A stretch of DNA of 64,000 nucleotides from Bacilli bacterium (GTDB lineage: Bacteria; Bacillota_I; Bacilli_A; RF39; UBA660): NCBI GenBank assembly GCA_016293205.1, contig JAEDES010000001.1, positions 27,447 to 91,446 of the forward strand, given 5' to 3'. Position 1 is the stretch's first letter, and each line of letters begins with the position of its first letter. The notes below the pieces were generated by a model. That model was not told the origin of the DNA. It saw nothing but the letters and a program-made list of their open reading frames with translations, and ran no database searches. Positions 34,305-42,588 of the stretch are shown in pieces. The position numbers and the translations under genes are program-made.

Positions 34305-35219
34305 ATGACAAGAGAAGAATTAAATCAACAAAAGCAAAATGAAATCATTCAAGAAGAAAAACGTGAAAAAAGAAAAAAGATAATTATTCTAGGTTTTAAG
34401 ATAGTTATAATGATTGTAACAGGATTCTTATTATTCTATACTTATACTACTTATGTTTCTAATACAATGATGATTGTTAAAGAAGATAGAATTAAAAATG
34501 ATAAAATACCAAGTGATTTTAGCGGAACAAAGATAATTCAATTTAGTGATTTGCATTATGGAACAACTTTTTTTGAAAAACAATTAAAAAAAATGGTTAA
34601 GGAAATAAACGAACGTAATCCAGATTTAGTTTTGTTTACAGGAGACTTAATCGACAAAGAATATAAAGTAAGTTCTGATGAAATTGAAATGATTAATAAA
34701 TACTTAAGTAGAATTAAAACAAAACTTGGTAAATATGCAGTTAGTGGTGAAGAAGATGGTGATGAGTTCACTACTATAATGAATCAAAGTGGTTTTACAA
34801 TTTTAAATAATAATTATGAAGTTATATATAATGATGGAGATGAAGAAATATTATTAGTTGGACTTGATAGTAATTTAAGTGGAAGACAAGATGTTAATAA
34901 AGCTTATGAATATTTTTCATTAGAGGGACATAATTCTAATATTTATACAATTAGTTTAGTTCATGAACCTGATTCAGTTGATGAAATGATGCTTTATAAT
35001 AATGATTTAGTTTTAGCAGGTCATTCACATAATGGTAATATTCGTATTCCTTTTATAGGTGCTTTAAGTAAAGCTGAAGGCTCAAAAAAATATGATCAAG
35101 AATACTATAAAATAAATAATACAAAATTATACATTTCTAGTGGTATGGGAACTAATGGTCCTGGATTTAGATTATTTTGTAGACCAAGTATTAATTTCTT
35201 CAGATTAGAAAGTAAATAA
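34305..35219 (+). CDS. Calcineurin-like metallophosphoesterase (YkuE-like) with an N-terminal TM helix
   Basis: QFSDLHYG, GDLID and GHSHNG motifs (the D-x-H, GD and GH-x-H phosphoesterase motifs). Confidence 0.6.
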   Translation: MTREELNQQKQNEIIQEEKREKRKKIIILGFKIVIMIVTGFLLFYTYTTYVSNTMMIVKEDRIKNDKIPSDFSGTKIIQFSDLHYGTTFFEKQLKKMVKEINERNPDLVLFTGDLIDKEYKVSSDEIEMINKYLSRIKTKLGKYAVSGEEDGDEFTTIMNQSGFTILNNNYEVIYNDGDEEILLVGLDSNLSGRQDVNKAYEYFSLEGHNSNIYTISLVHEPDSVDEMMLYNNDLVLAGHSHNGNIRIPFIGALSKAEGSKKYDQEYYKINNTKLYISSGMGTNGPGFRLFCRPSINFFRLESK

Positions 35220-36254
35220 AGATTTTAATTTAGAGAAGAATTTCTTAAAAGGAGATTCTTCTTTTTGTTTTAGTTTTCTCTTATAAATTGGTACTTCTCC
35301 TATTTGATTGTTTTTGAGGTAGATCTTTATTTGCCCTACTTGTTTATTTGTATTTACTAGTTCTACTCTTGTGGTTATTTGATTTAATTCTGATTCTTTT
35401 AATGGATAAATAAAAGATTCTTTTAGATAGAGATGTTCATTATAGAAGTTTTTATCTATGTAGAAAGTATTTTTATCAATAATAGTATAGTTCTTATAGT
35501 TTGAATATGCTTTATTATACAAATATTCATGTGTTTCATATTCATTAGGATCATTTAGTGTTACTACTGTTAAATTAAAATTATTTTTAGAGGCAGTTGT
35601 TACAAGTGTTCTTCCAGATGATGGAGTATATCCATTCTTCCCTCCTGTTGCATATTTATAAGTAGTTAGTAATTTATTTCTGTTATACCAAATATATGAT
35701 TTATCATTTGTTTTAGTTTGATATCTTTTAGTACTAGATATTTCTTTATAGATTGGATTCTTATATGCATATGCTGAAAGTAAGGCCATATCATAAGCTG
35801 TTGATTTATTTTGAGTTACTTCATCTAGACCATGGGAGTTTTGAAAGATAGTATTTTTCATATTTAGTTCTTTTGCTTTTTTATTCATTAATTTTACAAA
35901 ATTTTCTTCTGTTTTAGATGTATTAATTGCTAGTACTAAAGCAGCATCATTTCCACTTCTTAGAATGAGTCCATATAATAAATCTTTTATAGATATTTGT
36001 TCCCCTAATTGTAGATAAATACTTGTTCCATACATTGTTAATACTTCTTCTCCTACGGTTATTTTTTTATTTAAATCTGGATTATTTTCTATTGTGATAA
36101 TTGCAGTCATAATCTTTGTGATTGATGCGATTAATCTTTGGTCATCTTTATTATCTTCATATAAAATTCTTTTTGAATCTATATCCATTACAATTGATGA
36201 TGCATTTACTGGGATAGTTATTAATAGAAGAAAAATTATTAATAGTTTTTTCAT
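35205..36254 (-). CDS. Serine-type D-Ala-D-Ala carboxypeptidase (low-molecular-weight penicillin-binding protein, DacB/DacF-like)
   Basis: Signal peptide, SITKIMT (SxxK), SGN and KTG-like (GGKNGYT) motifs. Confidence 0.7.
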   Translation of the reverse strand: MKKLLIIFLLLITIPVNASSIVMDIDSKRILYEDNKDDQRLIASITKIMTAIITIENNPDLNKKITVGEEVLTMYGTSIYLQLGEQISIKDLLYGLILRSGNDAALVLAINTSKTEENFVKLMNKKAKELNMKNTIFQNSHGLDEVTQNKSTAYDMALLSAYAYKNPIYKEISSTKRYQTKTNDKSYIWYNRNKLLTTYKYATGGKNGYTPSSGRTLVTTASKNNFNLTVVTLNDPNEYETHEYLYNKAYSNYKNYTIIDKNTFYIDKNFYNEHLYLKESFIYPLKESELNQITTRVELVNTNKQVGQIKIYLKNNQIGEVPIYKRKLKQKEESPFKKFFSKLKSLFTF

Positions 36255-36329
36255 ATAATCACCTAGTAATTATATGAAAATTTTTGATATTTTTATGATA
36301 AAATTATTTTATTGGAAGGAGTTTTTATT

Positions 36330-37772
36330 ATGGCAAATGAAAAGAAATTTGTACAGGCAATTACATCACGTAATGAAGATTTTGCACAATGGTATACAGA
36401 TGTTGTAAAAGAAGCGAAGTTATGTGATTATTCTAGTGTTAAAGGATGTCTTAATTATTTACCGAATGGATATGCTATTTGGGAAAACATTCAAAAAAAC
36501 TTAGATGCTAGATTTAAAGAAACTGGAGTTGAAAATGTTTATTTACCTGTTTTAATCCCTGAAAGTTTATTACAAAAAGAAAAAGATCATATTGAGGGGT
36601 TCGCTCCGGAAGTTGCTTGGGTAACTCATGGTGGGTTGGAAAAACTTGAAGAAAGATTTTGTATTCGACCTACTTCAGAAACTTTATTTTGTGATCACTG
36701 GCAAAAAGTTGTTAAATCATATAGAGATTTACCATTAATATGGAATCAATGGAATGCAGTACTTAGATGGGAAAAAACTACTAGACCATTTTTGCGTTCA
36801 AGAGAATTCTTATGGCAAGAAGGACATACTCTTCATGCTACTTATGAAGAAGCCGAAGAAAGAACTAAAATGATGTTTGATGTTTATTATGACTTTGTTA
36901 CTAAGGATTTAGCAATTCCACTTATTGGTGGTAGAAAAACTGAAAGTGAAAAGTTTGCAGGAGCTCAAGATACTTATACTATTGAAGCTATGATGCATGA
37001 TGGTAAAGCTTTACAATCTGGTACTAGTCACTTCTTTGGAAATGCATTTCCTGATTCATTTGATATTAAATATTTAGATAAAGAGAATAATTTACATAGT
37101 GCTTATGAAACATCTTGGGGAATGTCTACTCGTATTATTGGAGCAATTATCATGGTACACGGTGATGATTCAGGATTAGTTTTACCTCCTAGAATTGCGC
37201 CTACTCAAGTTATGGTTATACCTATCGCTCAACATAAAGAAGGTGTATTAGATAAAGCTAATAAATTATATGATAGATTAAAGAAACATGGTATTCGTGT
37301 TAAGATTGATGATAGTGAAAAATCACCTGGATTTAAATTCTCTGAACAAGAAATTTTAGGTATCCCTACTCGTATTGAGATTGGACCTAGAGATATTGAA
37401 AATGGAGAATGCGTTATTTGTAGACGTGATAATGGTGAAAAGATTACTGTTAAATTGGAAGAAATTGAAACTAAGTTAGAAGAATTATTAGAAACTATTC
37501 AGACTGATATGTATAATAAAGCTTCTAAATTCTTAAATAGTCATGTTTATTTTGCAAATACATTAGACGAAATGAAAGAAATTGCTAAAGATAAAATTGG
37601 ATTTATTAAAGCACCATGGTGTGGTAATAGTGAATGTGAAGATATTATTAAAGCAGAAACTGGTGGATTTGGTTCTAGATGTATACCATTTAACCAACCT
37701 AAAGTTAGATCTAAATGTGCATGTTGTGGAAAAGATGCAGAAGATATAGTTGTTTGGGGAAAATCTTATTAG
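36330..37772 (+). CDS. proS: Prolyl-tRNA synthetase, archaeal/eukaryotic-type class II enzyme
   Basis: Class II motifs plus a C-terminal zinc-binding CxxC...CACCG. Start set at MANEKKF behind a GGAAGGAG ribosome-binding site. Confidence 0.85.
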   Translation: MANEKKFVQAITSRNEDFAQWYTDVVKEAKLCDYSSVKGCLNYLPNGYAIWENIQKNLDARFKETGVENVYLPVLIPESLLQKEKDHIEGFAPEVAWVTHGGLEKLEERFCIRPTSETLFCDHWQKVVKSYRDLPLIWNQWNAVLRWEKTTRPFLRSREFLWQEGHTLHATYEEAEERTKMMFDVYYDFVTKDLAIPLIGGRKTESEKFAGAQDTYTIEAMMHDGKALQSGTSHFFGNAFPDSFDIKYLDKENNLHSAYETSWGMSTRIIGAIIMVHGDDSGLVLPPRIAPTQVMVIPIAQHKEGVLDKANKLYDRLKKHGIRVKIDDSEKSPGFKFSEQEILGIPTRIEIGPRDIENGECVICRRDNGEKITVKLEEIETKLEELLETIQTDMYNKASKFLNSHVYFANTLDEMKEIAKDKIGFIKAPWCGNSECEDIIKAETGGFGSRCIPFNQPKVRSKCACCGKDAEDIVVWGKSY

Positions 37773-37813
37773 ATTTTCTCTTTTTTATGATACAATTTAA
37801 TTAAGGTGATGAT

Positions 37814-39565
37814 ATGAGTTTTAATGGAAGACTTGTAAACAATTATAAAGAAGATGAACTTAAAGCCTTACTTAGTAATCCTAGTAGATATAGAAGAATT
37901 ATTTTAGATAAATTTTCTAGAAAAGATAAGGATTGTAAACTTAATGATCTTGCTTTATTAGATGCTTTAGATAATTATATTGTTAAGACTTTAAACTCTA
38001 CTCCATGGGTTTTAAATAAACAAGAATTAACTGCCTATAGAGATTTTTTATATAGTGTTCATGCAACTAATAGAAGTATTGTATTTGATTCTATACTATT
38101 TAGAAAAGGTAATATTGAGAAAGTATTTTCTGATGATCAAGTAAAAAATCTAAGTATTACTAAAAGACAAGCGACAATTAATGCGAATAATGAATTAAAA
38201 AAATTAATTAGTCAACCTGGACAAACAGCTTCAGATTTACTTATTCGTTTTGCAGAAACACAAATTGAAAATGATAGTGATACTGTTAAGAACTTTGTTG
38301 ATAATCTTTTTAGTTATATAATGAATAATCAGGATTGTAATAAAGGTTATTATGCTAGAGAATTTATGGCAAGATATGCTGCTTATAGTGCAGTTAAGGA
38401 TTTAAAGATTCCACCTGTTGCAGTTTATCTTACTAATTATGATATGCGTGGAGATAAAATTTCTCCTGGTGAACGAGGTTGTAGCTATGGAAACTCTAGT
38501 GTTATAAATGTTAGTCGTGATTATGCTTTAGATAAAGTTACAAAAGATACGGGTCTACCTAATTATATGTCTATAATTCATACTGTTTGTCATGAAGTTA
38601 AACATAGTTCTCAAGCATTTCATACTTCTAATGGAGAATTTACTTTAGAAACATTTAATTATATTAAGATGCAGTTATTCTCTAATTATTTATCAAATGA
38701 TAAGTATGATGAATATAAAACTAATTATATTCATACAGAGATTGAGAGTGATTCTAATTATTATGGATGGAGACAAACGGAAAGAATTCTAAAGAAGTTT
38801 TGTTCAAATATGATTAATGAACTTACAACAGTTGTATCAAACTCTATTGTTACAACATTTCAAGAAGAAACAGCAACTAAACTTGGTAATGTAAGAAAAC
38901 AAAGAATGGCTAAAGAAAGATTCAATGTTGAATCTTTAGATAGTATTATAAAAGCTCATCCTGAAATATTAGTCAAGTATCCACAATTAAAACAAATATA
39001 TTCTCCTAATGGAAAACGATATAGTTTTATGGAACGATTAAGATTAAAAGGACAATCTTCTATAAAAAATATCGATGAAATTTATAGAGACTTTGATGTA
39101 TATGATTTTCAAACTGGTGAAGTTGAAAAGATTGATATTGATAGATTAAAAACTGATGAGAAATTCTTATTCTTCACAAAAATTTTTGATATGACTATGA
39201 ATGAGATTAAAAGTTTTAATAATAGTATTAAAGTATTTAATTATTATCCTGATCGTAGTAGTTTCAGAGAGAAAGAATTTTATTTTATTGGATTATCAAG
39301 AATTAAAAGAATAGTTAATTTAATTGAACTTATTAATGCTAACGAAAAGACTATTATGAAACTAGATGAAATAAATCGTCGTAATGGTAGTCCTTATATA
39401 TTTATGACTAGTTTAGATTTTGTAAGAAGTTTCTTAAAATCTGGTAAGCGTTATGCAGGAGATTTTAAAAATAAATATGGTAATGATGCTGAGAAAGCTG
39501 CTATGATGGCAGAACTTAGTTCTTTAGAACAAGTTGAGGTTTTTGAAAATGGAACCAGAAAATAA
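37814..39565 (+). CDS. Hypothetical 583-aa protein carrying an HExxH motif
   Basis: IHTVCHEVKHSSQ is a candidate zincin motif. No signal peptide. No family recognised. Confidence 0.35.
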   Translation: MSFNGRLVNNYKEDELKALLSNPSRYRRIILDKFSRKDKDCKLNDLALLDALDNYIVKTLNSTPWVLNKQELTAYRDFLYSVHATNRSIVFDSILFRKGNIEKVFSDDQVKNLSITKRQATINANNELKKLISQPGQTASDLLIRFAETQIENDSDTVKNFVDNLFSYIMNNQDCNKGYYAREFMARYAAYSAVKDLKIPPVAVYLTNYDMRGDKISPGERGCSYGNSSVINVSRDYALDKVTKDTGLPNYMSIIHTVCHEVKHSSQAFHTSNGEFTLETFNYIKMQLFSNYLSNDKYDEYKTNYIHTEIESDSNYYGWRQTERILKKFCSNMINELTTVVSNSIVTTFQEETATKLGNVRKQRMAKERFNVESLDSIIKAHPEILVKYPQLKQIYSPNGKRYSFMERLRLKGQSSIKNIDEIYRDFDVYDFQTGEVEKIDIDRLKTDEKFLFFTKIFDMTMNEIKSFNNSIKVFNYYPDRSSFREKEFYFIGLSRIKRIVNLIELINANEKTIMKLDEINRRNGSPYIFMTSLDFVRSFLKSGKRYAGDFKNKYGNDAEKAAMMAELSSLEQVEVFENGTRK

Positions 39566-39737
39566 AGATGTTTATTTAGAGTTTGATGTAATTGAGGATG
39601 TTGAAGAGAATCTTGCTGATGAGATAATTACTAAGGGATTGTATTTAAATGATTCTCTTGAAAGTAATAATTTAAGTGTTGTTGATGATTTAGTTACTAG
39701 TATAATAGAATTAACAAAAGAAAAAGAAGATGAGTAA
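39534..39737 (+). CDS. Small acidic protein that overlaps the 3' end of the 583-aa gene
   Basis: 67-aa ORF in an alternative frame with a 32-nt overlap. Coding status uncertain. Confidence 0.25.
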   Translation: MRFLKMEPENKDVYLEFDVIEDVEENLADEIITKGLYLNDSLESNNLSVVDDLVTSIIELTKEKEDE

Positions 39738-39754
39738 GTCTTCTTCTTTTTATA

Positions 39755-39782
39755 TATAAAAAAACTCAGATTTCTCTGAGTA
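39755..39782 (-). terminator. Terminator of the tRNA operon
   Basis: ACTCAGA-GAAA-TCTGAGT hairpin at 39764-39781, followed on the minus strand by T7. Confidence 0.65.
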
Positions 39783-39791
39783 AATTCTACA

Positions 39792-39868
39792 TGGTCGGGA
39801 AAACAGGATTTGAACCTGCAACCCCTTGGTCCCAAACCAAGTGCTCTACCAAGTTGAGCCATTTCCCG
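39792..39868 (-). tRNA. tRNA-Pro(TGG)
   Basis: Reverse complement CGGGAAATGGCTCAACTTGGTAGAGCACTTGGTTTGGGACCAAGG...TTTTCCCGACCA. Anticodon loop TTTGGGA. Confidence 0.85.
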
Positions 39869-39873
39869 ATTAA

Positions 39874-39950
39874 TGGTGCGCTCGAAGGGATTCGAACCCC
39901 TGACCTTTTGGTTCGTAGCCAAACACTCTATCCAACTGAGCTACGAGCGC
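39874..39950 (-). tRNA. tRNA-Arg(ACG)
   Basis: Reverse complement GCGCTCGTAGCTCAGTTGGATAGAGTGTTTGGCTACGAACCAAA...GCGCACCA. Anticodon ACG. Confidence 0.85.
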
Positions 39951-39981
39951 ATGACTTGTAATTAGTCAGGTATAAAAAAAC

Positions 39982-40057
39982 TGGTGGCTCCAGCGGGAAT
40001 CGAACCAGCGACACAGGGATTTTCAGTCCCTTGCTCTACCGACTGAGCTATGAAGCC
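39982..40057 (-). tRNA. tRNA-Phe(GAA)
   Basis: Reverse complement GGCTTCATAGCTCAGTCGGTAGAGCAAGGGACTGAAAATCCCT...GGAGCCACCA. Confidence 0.85.
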
Positions 40058-40065
40058 AAAAATAA

Positions 40066-40142
40066 TGGCGGTCTCAACGGGACTCGAACCCGCGATCTTC
40101 TGCGTGACAGGCAGACGTGTTAACCAGCTGCACCATGAGACC
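40066..40142 (-). tRNA. tRNA-Asp(GTC)
   Basis: Reverse complement GGTCTCATGGTGCAGCTGGTTAACACGTCTGCCTGTCACGCAGA...GAGACCGCCA. Confidence 0.85.
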
Positions 40143-40152
40143 ATAACTAAAT

Positions 40153-40229
40153 TGGTTGCGGGAAGAGGATTTGAACCTCTGACCTCTGGGTTATGAGCCC
40201 AGCGAGCTACCGAACTGCTCCATCCCGCG
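40153..40229 (-). tRNA. Initiator tRNA-fMet(CAT)
   Basis: CAT anticodon. Three consecutive G-C pairs in the anticodon stem (GGGCTCATAACCC). C1·A72 mismatch at the acceptor end. All three are hallmarks of the bacterial initiator. Confidence 0.8.
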
Positions 40230-40237
40230 ATATTAAA

Positions 40238-40330
40238 TGGCGGAGGAAAAGGGATTCGAACCCCTGCGCCGCTTGCACGACCTCCCGGTTTTCAAGACCG
40301 GTCCCTTCAACCAGACTTGGGTATTCCTCC
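40238..40330 (-). tRNA. tRNA-Ser(TGA)
   Basis: Reverse complement GGAGGAATACCCAAGTCTGGTTGAAGGGACCGGTCTTGAAAACCGG... with a long variable arm. 93 nt. Confidence 0.85.
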
Positions 40331-40354
40331 ATTAACGTCTTAAGACGTAAATTG

Positions 40355-40384
40355 ATTATAACACAGTCTTTTTTGTTGTGTCAA
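40355..40384 (-). promoter_or_regulatory. Internal sigma-A promoter of the tRNA operon, upstream of tRNA-Ser
   Basis: Minus-strand TTGACA, 18-nt spacer, TGnTATAAT. The -35 lies at 40379-40384 and the extended -10 at 40355-40360. The 12-bp palindrome CGTCTTAAGACG at 40336-40347 sits in the leader. Confidence 0.6.
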
Positions 40385-40440
40385 GGTTGTTAATTTTCTA
40401 TGTATCTATAATTAACTTATATAATAAGATAATTTTAAAA

Positions 40441-40529
40441 TGGTGCCTAAGGCCGGACTTGAACCGGCACGAGGGTTGAATCTCGCAGGATTTTAAGTCC
40501 TGTGCGTCTACCAATTCCGCCACTCAGGC
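40441..40529 (-). tRNA. tRNA-Leu(TAA)
   Basis: Reverse complement GCCTGAGTGGCGGAATTGGTAGACGCACAGGACTTAAAATCCTG... with a long variable arm. Confidence 0.85.
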
Positions 40530-40536
40530 ACATAAA

Positions 40537-40612
40537 TGGTGATCTGTATGAGATTTGAACTCATGACCCTTTGATTAAAAGTCAAATGCTCTACCGACTG
40601 AGCTAACAGATC
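40537..40612 (-). tRNA. tRNA-Lys(TTT)
   Basis: Reverse complement GATCTGTTAGCTCAGTCGGTAGAGCATTTGACTTTTAATCAAA... Confidence 0.85.
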
Positions 40613-40626
40613 ATATAAATTTAATT

Positions 40627-40701
40627 TGGCTGCCTCGGTTAGATTCGAACTAACGCGTGTCAGAGTCAAAGTCTGATGCCTTACCGCTTGGCTACGAGGC
40701 A
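40627..40701 (-). tRNA. tRNA-Gln(TTG)
   Basis: Reverse complement TGCCTCGTAGCCAAGCGGTAAGGCATCAGACTTTGACTCTGA... with a U1-A72 pair. Confidence 0.85.
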
Positions 40702-40713
40702 ATCTTTAAAAAG

Positions 40714-40798
40714 TGGTGGAGAGAGATGGATTCGAACCATCGAACTCAATGAGAACAGATTTACAGTCTGTCGCGTTTAGCCTCTTCGCTACCTCTCC
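40714..40798 (-). tRNA. tRNA-Tyr(GTA)
   Basis: Reverse complement GGAGAGGTAGCGAAGAGGCTAAACGCGACAGACTGTAAATCTG... with a long variable arm. Confidence 0.85.
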
Positions 40799-40806
40799 AA
40801 AAAAAA

Positions 40807-40882
40807 TGGTGCCGAAAACAGGACTTGAACCCGTAACCTACTGATTACAAATCAGTTGCTCTACCAATTGAGCTATTTCGGC
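40807..40882 (-). tRNA. tRNA-Thr(TGT)
   Basis: Reverse complement GCCGAAATAGCTCAATTGGTAGAGCAACTGATTTGTAATCAGT... Confidence 0.85.
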
Positions 40883-40885
40883 AAA

Positions 40886-40962
40886 TGGTGGGCGATACAG
40901 GACTCGAACCTGTGACCCCCTGCTTGTAAGGCAGGTGCTCTAACCAACTGAGCTAATCGCCC
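40886..40962 (-). tRNA. tRNA-Val(TAC)
   Basis: Reverse complement GGGCGATTAGCTCAGTTGGTTAGAGCACCTGCCTTACAAGCAGG... Confidence 0.85.
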
Positions 40963-40986
40963 GAAACAAATCAGTTGACGTAATTA

Positions 40987-41015
40987 AATATATCAATTTA
41001 TAGATACTTTGTCAA
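40987..41015 (-). promoter_or_regulatory. Sigma-A promoter of the tRNA operon, upstream of tRNA-Val
   Basis: Minus-strand TTGACA at 41010-41015, 17-nt spacer, TATATT at 40987-40992. Lies about 25 nt upstream of the tRNA-Val 5' end. Confidence 0.6.
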
Positions 41016-41035
41016 CGCTTTTTTTGTTTTTTTTG

Positions 41036-41392
41036 CTATTTTTTTGTTATTTCTTTGTACTTTTCTTCAATCCAGTCACCTAATTTGGATTCTAATGTAG
41101 TAAATCCATGTTCAGTTTCTTGAATTTTCTCTATTTTTTTCTTTCCTATACGGTAATCAAAATCTTTAATACTTAGTTTTACTTGATGTGTTTTTTCATC
41201 TTCTTCTAATACTTTTACCTTTATTGTTTCCCCTACTTTTACATAGTCATGAATATTTCTGACAAAAGCGTTTGATACTTCTGATATATGAATTAGTCCA
41301 CTATAGTATTCGTCAAGATTTACGAAGATTCCGTACTTCTCGATTCCGGTTACACAACCGAAAACAATCTCTCCTTTTTTATACTTTGACAT
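41036..41392 (-). CDS. S1 RNA-binding domain protein (general stress protein 13/YugI-like)
   Basis: N-terminal S1 fold: GEIVFGCVTGIEKYGIFVNLDEYYSGLIHISEV. Confidence 0.65.
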   Translation of the reverse strand: MSKYKKGEIVFGCVTGIEKYGIFVNLDEYYSGLIHISEVSNAFVRNIHDYVKVGETIKVKVLEEDEKTHQVKLSIKDFDYRIGKKKIEKIQETEHGFTTLESKLGDWIEEKYKEITKK

Positions 41393-41483
41393 CTAATACA
41401 CCTTCTGGTTAGTATTATATCATTTTTTTCATTATATAACAAGGAATTATTTCCTTTACTATTTATTTATGTTATAATGTTTT

Positions 41484-41732
41484 TTGGTGATTAATATGGA
41501 AGAAAATATTGAATTAAAAATAAGAGCTCTTATTGATAAGATTCGTCCATTCTTAATAAATGATGGAGGAAACTTAGAGTTTATCAAGTATGAAGATAAT
41601 ATTGTATATGTTCAACTACTTGGTGCATGTGCAGATTGTGCAATGATGGATATAACTCTAAAAGATGGAATTGAAGAATTAATTATAAATGAAATTCCTG
41701 AAGTAAAAGAAGTAAGAAATATAGACAAGTAA
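41484..41732 (+). CDS. NifU-like (Nfu) Fe-S cluster scaffold-domain protein
   Basis: IRPFLINDGGNLEF...GACADCAMMDITLKDGIEE, which includes the CxxC motif of the Nfu C-terminal domain. Confidence 0.7.
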   Translation: MVINMEENIELKIRALIDKIRPFLINDGGNLEFIKYEDNIVYVQLLGACADCAMMDITLKDGIEELIINEIPEVKEVRNIDK

Positions 41733-41734
41733 TA

Positions 41735-42559
41735 TTACTTGTCTTTTTTGATCCAATTAGGAATTATAATATTTTGATCATATTTTGATATTTCTTTTAT
41801 TAATTCTTCATATTTTGTTTGCTTGCTTAATATTTTTTTTAATTTGTTTTCGTCTACTTTATTATTTATAAATTCGTCTACTATATCAAAGTAATAGTTT
41901 GGATATAATAATCTTGCTATTATTTTTTTTATATCATAATTACCTAGGTTAGTTCTTATATTTTCTATTGATATATTATTATAAAAGAAATCTCTTTTTA
42001 TTAATTCCCCTACTTCTCTTTCTTTACAGTCTAAAACAATATTTAACGGGTTATTTAAATCATTTTTATTACAATTACATATAAATAGATTATTTGTATA
42101 AATATCATTGTATTTAATGAATTCTATAGCATTTTCGGCTAGGCCTATATAGTAATTTATTGTTTCTTTTATATAATTATTATTTATACTTATAGATTCA
42201 TAATAGTCATTTTTTTTAGTCCATAGATAAATCCAATTACTTTGATTTATTTGATAATTTGAATATTCATTATTATTTAAAATAATGTTATTACTTTGTA
42301 TTAAACATTTTGTATTTATTTCTAATAATACATAATAATTATCTTGATATATAGTTATTATTTCATTATTTATATTTTCTACTATTTTATAATATTCTGT
42401 TTGATTTTTTAATATATTATTAATTTCTATTATTCTTTGTGGATTATATATTTTATAGAGGATATATTCTTTATTATCTTCTTTTATTTTTATATAGTCT
42501 CTATTTTTATAAATATTTATATCCTTTAAATTATACATATACATTAATAAACTTTTCAT
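41735..42559 (-). CDS. Hypothetical Asn/Tyr/Ile-rich protein
   Basis: 274-aa low-complexity ORF. No confident family. Confidence 0.3.
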   Translation of the reverse strand: MKSLLMYMYNLKDINIYKNRDYIKIKEDNKEYILYKIYNPQRIIEINNILKNQTEYYKIVENINNEIITIYQDNYYVLLEINTKCLIQSNNIILNNNEYSNYQINQSNWIYLWTKKNDYYESISINNNYIKETINYYIGLAENAIEFIKYNDIYTNNLFICNCNKNDLNNPLNIVLDCKEREVGELIKRDFFYNNISIENIRTNLGNYDIKKIIARLLYPNYYFDIVDEFINNKVDENKLKKILSKQTKYEELIKEISKYDQNIIIPNWIKKDK

Positions 42560-42588
42560 ATTTAATTATATGCAAAAAAAAAGAAGAC

